Origin: an uncultured Gammaproteobacteria bacterium
GTDB lineage: Bacteria > Patescibacteriota > Patescibacteriia > UBA1558 > GWA2-36-10
Length of the DNA stretch: 57,397 nt
Assembly (NCBI GenBank): GCA_964604515.1
Contig: CAZRZA010000003.1
Span: forward strand, 1-57,397
Reading direction: 5' to 3'
Program-made: the position numbers and the translations under genes
Notes under the pieces: model-generated
What the model was told of the DNA's origin: nothing
Databases searched by the model: none
Seen by the model: the letters and a program-made list of their open reading frames with translations, nothing else
Part shown: in pieces, positions 1-8,084 of the stretch
How positions within the stretch are numbered: position 1 is the first letter of the stretch
Layout of the letters: every line of letters starts with the position of its first letter

Positions 1-1
1 T

Positions 2-484
2 TACACTTAAATTAACTATTTCATCAAATTCTTTATCTTGATATTTAAATAAATTCTCTCTAGTTCTATCGAAAGTAACTATAGTATCATGAACAGAAAA
101 GCCTAAGATGGTTAATAAAGCAGTAACAAATAAACCATCTACTTCTATATTAAAATAATGTCCTAAAATAGAAAATATTCCAGTTATTATTATTAAATCA
201 TGCGCTAAAGCTATTATTGCTGAGAGACCAAATTTCCAAGAAGCAACTGGTTGAGATACCTTACGAAAAGCATAGGCTATATAAAAAACAATAAATAATA
301 ATACTATTAAAATAGCTTTAAAGGCTTTGTCTTTTAATTCTTGACCAATAATAGGTCCAATAGATTCAAATCTTAATTCTGTAAATAAATTAGTCTCTAA
401 ACCCTCTATTTCTATATTCTTTAAATTAGTTACTATATCTTGATGTATATTCTCATCTACATTTTCGAATCTTAAAAGATAATT
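2..484 (-). CDS. secF: Protein translocase subunit SecF, C-terminal part (3' end runs off the left edge; separated from its N-terminus by an in-frame TAA)
   Basis: Hand translation of minus-strand codons 482-484 down to 2-4 is stop-free. It reads NYLLRFENV...FRKVSQPVASWKFGLSAIIALAHDLIIITGIFSILG...LLTILGFSVHDTIVTFDRTRENL, the SecF membrane core. It is in the same frame as ORF 485..712. Confidence 0.85.
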
Positions 485-712
485 TTAATCTCCACTAGGC
501 TGTATTTTAGTATTAGCTAATTCTAAGTTAGTAAATACTTCTTCTATTTTATCTAAAGCTGGTCTTTGTTCATAAGAAACCTCTAAAAGACTACCCCCTG
601 TAAAATCAATACCTGGTTTTAAACCCCAGGTTACTAGAGAAATTAAAGATAATAGTATTAAGATACCAGAAAAAATAAAGTAATTTTTTTTATTTTCTAT
701 TATTTTATACAT
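485..712 (-). CDS. secF: SecF N-terminal fragment (TM1 plus start of periplasmic domain), ending at in-frame TAA 485..487
   Basis: ORF track: N-terminal TM helix followed by GIDFTGGSLLEV, the SecF signature. It starts 5 nt after the secD stop. Confidence 0.85.
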   Translation of the reverse strand: MYKIIENKKNYFIFSGILILLSLISLVTWGLKPGIDFTGGSLLEVSYEQRPALDKIEEVFTNLELANTKIQPSGD

Positions 713-716
713 ATAT

Positions 717-2390
717 TTATTTATTATTTATACCAAACCAAGACTTTTTGTCTTCTAATCTTTTATTAATAATAACCCTTAAGAATGTTCTGGTTACTGT
801 AATAGCAGAAAACATAGAAACTATAATACCTAAAGCTAAGGTAATAGCAAAACCTTTAATTATAGAAGTACCAAACCAAGCTAATATTAAACAAGTTATT
901 AAAGATGAGATATTAGAGTCCCTAATAGATGACCAAGCTCTTAAAAAACCATTTTCAACAGAAGTTTGTAAACTTTTTCCTTTATATAATTCTTCTTTAG
1001 TTCTTTCAAATATTAAAATATTAGCATCAACTGCCATACCAATAGAAAGGATAAATCCAGCGACACCAGCTAAAGTCATGGTTACTGGTATTATTTCAAA
1101 GAGAGCTAAAGTTAAAAGAGTATAAACAGCTAAAGATAAAACAGCTATTAAACCTAAAAACCTATAAAATAATAACATAAATAAAGCTGCTGCTACTAAA
1201 CCAATTGTTCCCGCAAAAAGACTCTTTTGTACAGACTCTGCTCCTAAAGAAGCTCCGATGGTTTGTTGACTTATTAATTCTATAGGAACCGGCAAAGCTC
1301 CTGAGTTTAACCTTCTAACCATACTCTTAGCTTCTGGTATATTAAAATTACCAGATATTACAGCTCGACCATCTTTTATTGATTCTTGCACTATTGGTGC
1401 TGAAATAATTACACCATCTAAAAACATAGCTACTGGTTCACCGATATGACTTTCTGTAATTTGAGCAAATAATTCTTTACCTTCTTTATTAAATTCTAAA
1501 GAAACTAAAGGTGCTTGAGTGTTAGGATCAAATATTAATTGAGCTCGAGCTAAATCTTTACCACCTAAATTAGTATTTTCCCAAATAATATTATTCAAAT
1601 CAGCATCTGCTTTTTTAAATAAGATATGAGCAGCATGTACCTCTATCTCTCCTTGTTCATTTAATCTTTCTTCTATTTTCTTAATAATATGATAACCAAA
1701 TTGAGATTCTATTAATTCTTTACTAATTTCCCCCGATTTTAAATCAGTAAAGATAGCTTGATCAAACTCAGGCACAAATTGTCCTCTAGTAATCCAAGGT
1801 AAATCTCCACCATTATTATTTGAACCAGGATCCTCACTATATTCATTAGCTAAAATAGTAAAATCTTCGCCTGCTAAAGCCCTGATCAATACCTCATCTG
1901 CTTTTATTTTAATATCATCATCTGTTTCTTCTGTCTCTATATTTTCTATTATCTTTTGTGTTTTAAACTCTAATAAAGGAGTTTCTCCAATCATAGCAAT
2001 AGCTTCTTTAACATCACGAACACCTGCTAATTCAACGATAATACGATAATCATCGCCAGTGTAATTAGTTTGTACTATAGGCTCAGAAACACCATAAGCG
2101 TTAACTCTTTGTTCTATAATATCACGAACACCTTCTACAGATTCTTTTTTATCATCATTTTCAAAAGTAGAAACATCAGCTTGATAAACTAAGTGGGTAC
2201 CACCTTGTAAATCTAATCCTAAATGTATTTTAAACTTATTAAAGAAATTACTAGCTGGTATTTTTTCTGAAATATTAGGAAAAACTATTAAAGCAGCAAA
2301 AAAACTTAAAAAAAGAATAGCTATAAATCTTATTCTTATTTTAGTGGTAGTAAGTGTTTTCTTTTCTTTGTAATTTTGATATTTATTCAT
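717..2390 (-). CDS. secD: Protein translocase subunit SecD with an inserted parvulin-like (PpiC-type) domain
   Basis: LGLDLQGGTHLVYQAD, RVNAYGVSEPIVQ, and a C-terminal six-TM core (GLIAVLSLAVYTL...GMAVDANILIFER). Residues ~160-260 carry GEDFTILANEYSEDPGS..GGDL...FGYHIIKK. Confidence 0.9.
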   Translation of the reverse strand: MNKYQNYKEKKTLTTTKIRIRFIAILFLSFFAALIVFPNISEKIPASNFFNKFKIHLGLDLQGGTHLVYQADVSTFENDDKKESVEGVRDIIEQRVNAYGVSEPIVQTNYTGDDYRIIVELAGVRDVKEAIAMIGETPLLEFKTQKIIENIETEETDDDIKIKADEVLIRALAGEDFTILANEYSEDPGSNNNGGDLPWITRGQFVPEFDQAIFTDLKSGEISKELIESQFGYHIIKKIEERLNEQGEIEVHAAHILFKKADADLNNIIWENTNLGGKDLARAQLIFDPNTQAPLVSLEFNKEGKELFAQITESHIGEPVAMFLDGVIISAPIVQESIKDGRAVISGNFNIPEAKSMVRRLNSGALPVPIELISQQTIGASLGAESVQKSLFAGTIGLVAAALFMLLFYRFLGLIAVLSLAVYTLLTLALFEIIPVTMTLAGVAGFILSIGMAVDANILIFERTKEELYKGKSLQTSVENGFLRAWSSIRDSNISSLITCLILAWFGTSIIKGFAITLALGIIVSMFSAITVTRTFLRVIINKRLEDKKSWFGINNK

Positions 2391-2449
2391 ATTTATTTAT
2401 TTTATAAAACTATGGCTATTTTATCAGATTTAATATTTTTGACAAGTCT

Positions 2450-2523
2450 TGGCTCGGGGACTAGGAATCGAACCCAGATTTACTGGACCAGAACCAGCCG
2501 TCCTACCATTAGACGATCCCCGA
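2450..2523 (-). tRNA. tRNA-Gln (anticodon CUG), CCA encoded
   Basis: The reverse complement folds by hand into a cloverleaf. Acceptor TCGGGGA/TCCCCGA, D arm GTCT-AATGGTA-GGAC, anticodon arm GCTGG-TTCTGGT-CCAGT, T arm CTGGG-TTCGATT-CCTAG, discriminator G, then CCA. It abuts the dnaX stop codon with a 0-nt spacer. Confidence 0.9.
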
Positions 2524-3996
2524 TTATATGATCTCTCCCCCAAAGTTATTTAAAATATTATTTATTTCTTCTTCATCTTTACCTTTAAATTTTTGATAAT
2601 TATTTTGATAATCTTTATCAACTTCAAATTCTATAAGTATTTTACGATTTAAAATATTATTAATACTTTCTGCTAAATTAGTCTTAATATTTACTTTATT
2701 TAATTGTTCTAAATGAAAAGTATATTCTAAACCAATTACTATTTTATCTTTTTCTATTTTAAAAGGATAAGCTATTTTTATTATACTCGCTAAAGAGTGA
2801 TTTAATACTTTTATATTTTCAACAATCTCTGACCATTTATTCTGTAATTTATCTAAATCAGTTAACCCTAGTTCTATTTTTTCTTCTTTATTTTCTTCTT
2901 TATCCTCTTTTAATAAAAACTCAACCAAAGCTAATTCTAAAGGTAATTGAACAATTAAAGGATCTTTTATATTGTATATTTTATCTAATAATATATTTAA
3001 TAGTTTAGCTAATTCTTCTATACTAAAATTAGTAGCATGTTTTTTTAAAGAAAGAAGTAAATCTTCAGAAATATCTAAATTAAAATCATCCCCTATTATT
3101 TTATAAAGCATTATTTGCCTTAAATAATCTAATAAGTCATTAATAAATATTTCCAAATCTATACCCTCATCAATTAATTTATTCACTTGATTTAAAGCTG
3201 TGCCTAAATTTTTAACAGCTAAAGCTTCTATTAAAGTGTCTATTTCTTGCCAATGACTTCTAGGTAATACTAAAGAAGCTAATTCTTTTGTAATATTACC
3301 ATTAGCTAAAGAAGATATTTGACCTAATAATGATTCCGCATCTCTTAAACAACCCTCCGATTTACGAGCTATTTCCTTTAAAATATTATCTTCTATACTT
3401 ATTTTTTCCCATTCTATTATTTCTTTTAATCTTTCTATTATTTCTTTTTGAGCTATTTTCTTAAAATCAAATCTCTGACATCGAGATATTATTGTTTCTG
3501 GTACTTTATGTATTTCTGTAGTTGCTAAGATAAAGATAACCTTAGCTGGAGGCTCTTCTAAAGTCTTTAATAAAGCATTAAAGGCTGATTTAGATAACAT
3601 ATGTACTTCATCAATAACAAAGATCTTATAACCATCTTTATTAAAAGGAGGAACCTGAGAAGCAGCAATTATATTTTCTCTAACATTATCAACTCCCGTA
3701 TGAGAAGCTGCATCCATTTCTATAACATCTAAAGAACGATTAGCTAATATTAATTGACAAGACTCACATTCATTACAAGGCTCAGCTTCTTTTTCTAAAC
3801 GATTTAAACAATTTAAAGAACGAGCAAATAGTCTCGCTAAAGTAGTTTTACCAGTACCTCTCGGACCAACAAAAAGATAAGCATGAGCCATACTTAATGA
3901 TTTAATTTCATTTTGTAAAGTAATTTTAATAGGTTTTTGGCCCATTACTTTAGCAAATGTTTTTGGTCTATACTTACGATATATTACTTCTGACAT
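2524..3996 (-). CDS. dnaX: DNA polymerase III subunit gamma/tau
   Basis: Walker A GPRGTGKTT, Zn module CNECESC, Walker B FVIDEVHML, sensor SRCQRF. Confidence 0.92.
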   Translation of the reverse strand: MSEVIYRKYRPKTFAKVMGQKPIKITLQNEIKSLSMAHAYLFVGPRGTGKTTLARLFARSLNCLNRLEKEAEPCNECESCQLILANRSLDVIEMDAASHTGVDNVRENIIAASQVPPFNKDGYKIFVIDEVHMLSKSAFNALLKTLEEPPAKVIFILATTEIHKVPETIISRCQRFDFKKIAQKEIIERLKEIIEWEKISIEDNILKEIARKSEGCLRDAESLLGQISSLANGNITKELASLVLPRSHWQEIDTLIEALAVKNLGTALNQVNKLIDEGIDLEIFINDLLDYLRQIMLYKIIGDDFNLDISEDLLLSLKKHATNFSIEELAKLLNILLDKIYNIKDPLIVQLPLELALVEFLLKEDKEENKEEKIELGLTDLDKLQNKWSEIVENIKVLNHSLASIIKIAYPFKIEKDKIVIGLEYTFHLEQLNKVNIKTNLAESINNILNRKILIEFEVDKDYQNNYQKFKGKDEEEINNILNNFGGEII

Positions 3997-3999
3997 ATT

Positions 4000-4581
4000 C
4001 TATAAACTGATTTCAGAATCCGAGCTATTATTCGCAGTTTTATTTTTAATAATATTTTCAACAGCTGCCCAATCACTTCCTCCATCTTTAGGGATAAGGA
4101 TAACCACCTCATCTCCCTCTGAGCCTTTAAAGTAAGTAATGCTAGCTAATAATATATTATATATTCTGTCTCCTGCTAAAACTACAAATTCTCCTGATTC
4201 ATTATTTCTAACCAAATGTCCAATTACTCTATCTCTCTCAACAGGAGCTATTTGTTTAAAAATAAAAGCACCGTTATGATTTATTGTTAATTTTAAAATA
4301 TCACCTTCTACTAATTTAGATTTAGAAGCATAATTAGCTGGCACTGAATATTCTTTACCATCAGGTCCAATCATTAACTTACCATTAAAGACACCTTCTA
4401 TGACTAAGCCATTATCTTGATACCCTTCTTTGCCAACCTCAGCAGCTTTTAAACTAAAATCAACAGCGTCTTTAGATTTCTGACCACCTAATTCAGCTAA
4501 AACCATTTTGGTTTTTTTAAGCTCTAATTCTAAATTGTATACTAAAGATTCTAAATCTTTAACTTTACTTTCTTGAGACAC
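4000..4581 (-). CDS. Hypothetical protein: N-terminal coiled coil plus two beta-rich (OB/KOW-like?) halves; GTG start
   Basis: Long ORF in an operon position between the ATPase gene and dnaX. No motif I can name. Confidence 0.7.
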   Translation of the reverse strand: MSQESKVKDLESLVYNLELELKKTKMVLAELGGQKSKDAVDFSLKAAEVGKEGYQDNGLVIEGVFNGKLMIGPDGKEYSVPANYASKSKLVEGDILKLTINHNGAFIFKQIAPVERDRVIGHLVRNNESGEFVVLAGDRIYNILLASITYFKGSEGDEVVILIPKDGGSDWAAVENIIKNKTANNSSDSEISL

Positions 4582-4625
4582 TTTATTTCTATTTTTATTT
4601 TATTTAAGTACTTTTAATTTAACAT

Positions 4626-4652
4626 AAAAGACCTCTTTTATCAAGGTCTTTA
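4626..4652 (-). terminator. Possible weak intrinsic terminator or attenuator after the ATPase gene
   Basis: Inverted repeat AAAGACCT/AGGTCTTT with a 9-nt loop. On the minus strand it is followed by TTTTATGTT. Confidence 0.4.
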
Positions 4653-4671
4653 TTTTTATATTTTTTATAAT

Positions 4672-7110
4672 TTAAACAGTTCTTCGAGAAGCTATTTCTT
4701 TCTCAATCATATCTTTATCTTTACCATATTTTAAGCGAGACAAATCCTTAATAGCCTTAGCTAGTTCTGGATTATTAGCTCCAATATCTAATTCATCATG
4801 AGAAAAAGTACTCATATTAAAGGGAGGGGGATTAGCATTATCTACTAATAATTTAACAAAACAATTAAATTTAGGAACATTTAAAAAATCATATTCTCCA
4901 AAAACAGGAGAAAACTCTTTAGTCATACCCTCTGAATCATCAACACCGATACGAAAACTAATTTTAGTACCAACATTACCAAAAATAGCATCTTTAAATT
5001 TAGTGTCTCCCCCCTTTGTTAATTGACCTAAATACTGATGAGCAATAATTAAGTTTAATTTATACTTACGAGCTTCAGATAATATTACTTCTATACTATC
5101 TGTTAAGAAGTTTTGAAATTCATCTATATATAAATAGAAGTCTTGACGATCTTTTTGAGCTATATCTCCTCTGGCTAAAGCAGCCATTAATATTTTACCA
5201 ATAACAACCATTCCTAAAAGATTAGCATTAATATCCCCTATTTTACCTTTAGCTAATTTAATTAATAATATTTTCTTATTATTCATAATATCATCAAAAT
5301 CTATAGTACTATGTTGTTGAGCTACTATCGGACGAACATAATTATTAGATAAGAAAGGAGATAATTTACTAGTAATATAAGGAACCATATTAGCTAAAGA
5401 AGCATCACCCCCTGCTTTCTGAGCTTCCTTTTCCCAAAAATCTTTGACAGTCATATCCTGACATTTAGATAATTTATATTTTCTAAATTCATTGTCTGCT
5501 AATACTTTAGATATTTCCATAAGAGTAGAGCCAGATTCAGGATCAGACATAATTAAGGAAGCAGCATTCTTGAAATATTGTTCAAACATCGGACCACCGG
5601 TCGCCTTTAAATCATATAACTTATCAAAAATGGTCATTATTTCATTGATAGCAAAAGTCTTTTGTTCTTCAGTTTTAAATTCTAAAAGATTTAAACCAAT
5701 AGGTCTACTAGTATCTGAAGGATCAAAGAAAATAACATCCTCAGCTCTTTCTTTAGGTATTCTAGCTAATATCTCTTCTAAGTCATCACCATGAGGATCT
5801 ATATAACAAACACCATGTCCGGCTTTAATATCTTGCATAGCTAAGGAAGAGGCAAAATATGACTTACCAGTACCAGTCATACCAATAATATACATATGTC
5901 TCCTTCGATCTTCTGTTTTAATAAACACCCTATTCTCTTCATTACGATAGGTATTCTTACCTAATAATAGTCCTTCCTTAGGTATATTAGTTGGTAAAGG
6001 AGCTTTAGTAGAATCTAACCAATCAATACCTGGTGTTGCTGTGGTTTCTAATGGTAAATGGATAACCGAAACCATTTCTTCAGAATTAAGCAAAAGAGAG
6101 TCTTTAGGTTTATATTGTCTATAAATATAATCATTAATTATCTTCTTTGGTTTTTTAGGAATATTAGCCTGAAAACTATTACCAAATTCATAAATATTAT
6201 ACTGGGAATAACTATTTAAAATATCTTTCAATACAGATTCTGATTCTTCTTTTTGGGAGGTAGAAACAATAACTCTAATATTAACATCTAAACCAGCTTT
6301 AGAAGTTTTTTCTTCTAATAATTTAGCTGTTCCTTGTTCCATAGATGATAATTGCCTTACTTCTTGTTTAGTCTCTGTTTCAGAATTAGAAGAAAAGAAT
6401 TTAAATGTTTTACCAATTATACTTAAAAAACTATCTCCTCCTATCTTTTTCCTAGCTTCTTTAAAGGATAGTCCTTGATTCATTTCTTTGGCTATTTTTA
6501 ATCCTCTACTATGCCAGGCTTTAGGAGCAGATCTAAAAACATATTGTATAACCGCTGATTCAGTATCATTTAATTTACTTAAAGCATTGGTAATAGCTTC
6601 TAAGGGATCATTTTCTAATGTTTTATATGTTTTAATAGGTAAAGAGAAATCATTGGTAAATCGTAAAGAACCAACCACTATTTCAGATTGTGGTTCAAAA
6701 ATATTATAATCTTTTACTTCCTCAAAATATATTTTAGGATAAATAGCTTGTAATTGTTGTAATAGGAAATCTCGATATTTATGAGGAGTAGCGACATAAA
6801 AAGAAATAGTATTATGTTTAACTACTATTTCAAAAGAAAATAAGTCCTGTCGAGGGCTAAAATAAGTTTTATCAACTTTTAAGCTAGAAAGAGCAGTAAA
6901 TAACCCCTCTACCCTTCCTAAGGTTTGCGCTATAAAATCTTGAGATAATTCTGCTTTTTCTCTATCAGAATATTGAGGAATCTTAACTAAAAAAATATCT
7001 AATTTTAAACTTTTAGTATTTCTATTTCTTAAATAATTTATTATAAAATAAATTATAAGTAAAAGAATGAATATACTAAATAAGATGATAAAAATATTTT
7101 TTAAATCCAT
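4672..7110 (-). CDS. Membrane-anchored P-loop ATPase, type IV coupling protein-like (TraD/TraG/VirD4-type fold suspected)
   Basis: N-terminal TM helix and a ~380-aa unassigned domain. Walker A GMTGTGKS (nt 5860..5883), YIDPHGD...FFDP...GLNLLE block, Walker B YLYIDEFQNF (nt 5107..5124). Confidence 0.85.
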   Translation of the reverse strand: MDLKNIFIILFSIFILLLIIYFIINYLRNRNTKSLKLDIFLVKIPQYSDREKAELSQDFIAQTLGRVEGLFTALSSLKVDKTYFSPRQDLFSFEIVVKHNTISFYVATPHKYRDFLLQQLQAIYPKIYFEEVKDYNIFEPQSEIVVGSLRFTNDFSLPIKTYKTLENDPLEAITNALSKLNDTESAVIQYVFRSAPKAWHSRGLKIAKEMNQGLSFKEARKKIGGDSFLSIIGKTFKFFSSNSETETKQEVRQLSSMEQGTAKLLEEKTSKAGLDVNIRVIVSTSQKEESESVLKDILNSYSQYNIYEFGNSFQANIPKKPKKIINDYIYRQYKPKDSLLLNSEEMVSVIHLPLETTATPGIDWLDSTKAPLPTNIPKEGLLLGKNTYRNEENRVFIKTEDRRRHMYIIGMTGTGKSYFASSLAMQDIKAGHGVCYIDPHGDDLEEILARIPKERAEDVIFFDPSDTSRPIGLNLLEFKTEEQKTFAINEIMTIFDKLYDLKATGGPMFEQYFKNAASLIMSDPESGSTLMEISKVLADNEFRKYKLSKCQDMTVKDFWEKEAQKAGGDASLANMVPYITSKLSPFLSNNYVRPIVAQQHSTIDFDDIMNNKKILLIKLAKGKIGDINANLLGMVVIGKILMAALARGDIAQKDRQDFYLYIDEFQNFLTDSIEVILSEARKYKLNLIIAHQYLGQLTKGGDTKFKDAIFGNVGTKISFRIGVDDSEGMTKEFSPVFGEYDFLNVPKFNCFVKLLVDNANPPPFNMSTFSHDELDIGANNPELAKAIKDLSRLKYGKDKDMIEKEIASRRTV

Positions 7111-7112
7111 AT

Positions 7113-7568
7113 TTATTTTTTATATTTTAAAAGTATCTCTTCTGTTTTAATCTTTGCTTCCTGTTCAATATAATACTTATTTGCCTTAGGAATAATCTTT
7201 AACCAGCCTGCTATTAAATTAATTATCTTCTTTACTCTTAATTTAGCTTTTTGTAATAAAACAACTATTTCTTTAGATACTTCCTCCCCCTTTTTCTTAA
7301 ATTCTTGTTGCGTACCAGCATCCATTGATAAGAAAACAGTATCTAAACCCTTGGCTAATATACCTTCAATATTTTTTTCTTTTTCAGATTGATTAGATAC
7401 AATAGAAGAAGGGGTAACATTATTAACTACAGGCTTAACCTCGGCTACCTGCTCTGCAACTTGTTTTGGTTTAGCTACTACTGGTTGTTCTATTTTAATC
7501 TCTGGTTTAGCTACTACTGGTTGTTCTGCTACCGGAGCCACTTGTTCTGTTTGTTTTATTTCAGACAT
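7113..7568 (-). CDS. Hypothetical protein with a Pro/Val/Ala/Lys-rich repeated N-terminus (EQPVVAKP x2); first gene of the ATPase operon
   Basis: ORF track. Its stop lies 2 nt before the ATPase start codon. An extended -10 lies 6 nt upstream of its ATG. Confidence 0.7.
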   Translation of the reverse strand: MSEIKQTEQVAPVAEQPVVAKPEIKIEQPVVAKPKQVAEQVAEVKPVVNNVTPSSIVSNQSEKEKNIEGILAKGLDTVFLSMDAGTQQEFKKKGEEVSKEIVVLLQKAKLRVKKIINLIAGWLKIIPKANKYYIEQEAKIKTEEILLKYKK

Positions 7569-7574
7569 AAATAT

Positions 7575-7583
7575 ATTATACCA
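7575..7583 (-). promoter_or_regulatory. Extended -10 promoter (TGG TATAAT), 6 nt upstream of the ATG at 7568; implies a leaderless mRNA
   Basis: Minus strand reads TGGTATAAT-ATATTT-ATGTCTGAA. Confidence 0.55.
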
Positions 7584-7620
7584 TATTTTATGTCTTTATT
7601 CTATTTAATAATTACTACTA

Positions 7621-7649
7621 TTGACAATATTAATAATATGTGTTATTAT
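7621..7649 (+). promoter_or_regulatory. Sigma-70-type promoter TTGACA-17-TATTAT for gene 7701..8033
   Basis: Perfect -35, 17-nt spacer and TATTAT -10. Downstream SD AAGGAG lies 7 nt before the ATG. Confidence 0.7.
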
Positions 7650-7700
7650 ATTAAGCATCGATATGGCATCGATTAGTTCTTAAAAAAAAGGAGAATAGAA

Positions 7701-8033
7701 ATGGATATTAATCCAAACATAATACCAGGAGCACTGCTCTTGGCAATAATAGCATCTTGTATGCTATCATACATAGGCTTAAGATTATTTAAGTCACCTG
7801 TTTCAGCAAGTTGGTCGCTATATATAACATCATTATATATAGTACCAACATTTTATGCAGTGCTATTTATAATAGCCATTATAAATAGTTTTTTTAACCT
7901 ACTTCAGCAAAGGGATACCCTAACAGCAATAATGGAGATAATAGTATACTCCATAATCTTTTATGGGGCATTCTATTTTAGAAGAGAATTTCAAAAGACC
8001 AATAGAGATTTATTTCTTTGTAAAAAACAATAA
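7701..8033 (+). CDS. Small integral membrane protein (about 3-4 TM), unknown function
   Basis: It has its own consensus promoter, SD and terminator. It is the only plus-strand gene in the first 41 kb. Confidence 0.75.
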   Translation: MDINPNIIPGALLLAIIASCMLSYIGLRLFKSPVSASWSLYITSLYIVPTFYAVLFIIAIINSFFNLLQQRDTLTAIMEIIVYSIIFYGAFYFRREFQKTNRDLFLCKKQ

Positions 8034-8055
8034 AGTAGCCAAGGGACTACTTAAA

Positions 8056-8084
8056 AACCAGAATCAATGTATTCTGGTTTTTTA
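8056..8084. terminator. Bidirectional intrinsic terminator between convergent genes
   Basis: AAAAACCAGAAT-caatgt-ATTCTGGTTTTTT: A-run, 7-bp stem, T-run. Confidence 0.75.

Noticed and set aside
748-1125. Plus-strand ORFs lying antisense inside well-supported minus-strand genes: 748..1125, 5492..5794, 6488..6709, 7389..7676, 9208..9390, 21270..21473, 22142..22426, 25113..25298, 26752..27000, 29462..29866, 38033..38290 and 45400..45705. Also minus-strand ORF 56458..56673 inside a plus-strand gene, and 56689..56892 opposite the partial repeat-protein gene.
   Set aside because: Each is fully embedded opposite a gene with clear family motifs. Each has low-complexity, Leu/Ile/Ser/Phe-rich composition typical of antisense frames in AT-rich DNA, and lacks a promoter or SD.
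2524-3996. Programmed frameshift site in dnaX (gamma/tau).
   Set aside because: I saw no A AAA AAG-type slippery heptamer followed by a stable hairpin at an appropriate position. A-runs are ubiquitous in this genome, so a call would be unsupported.
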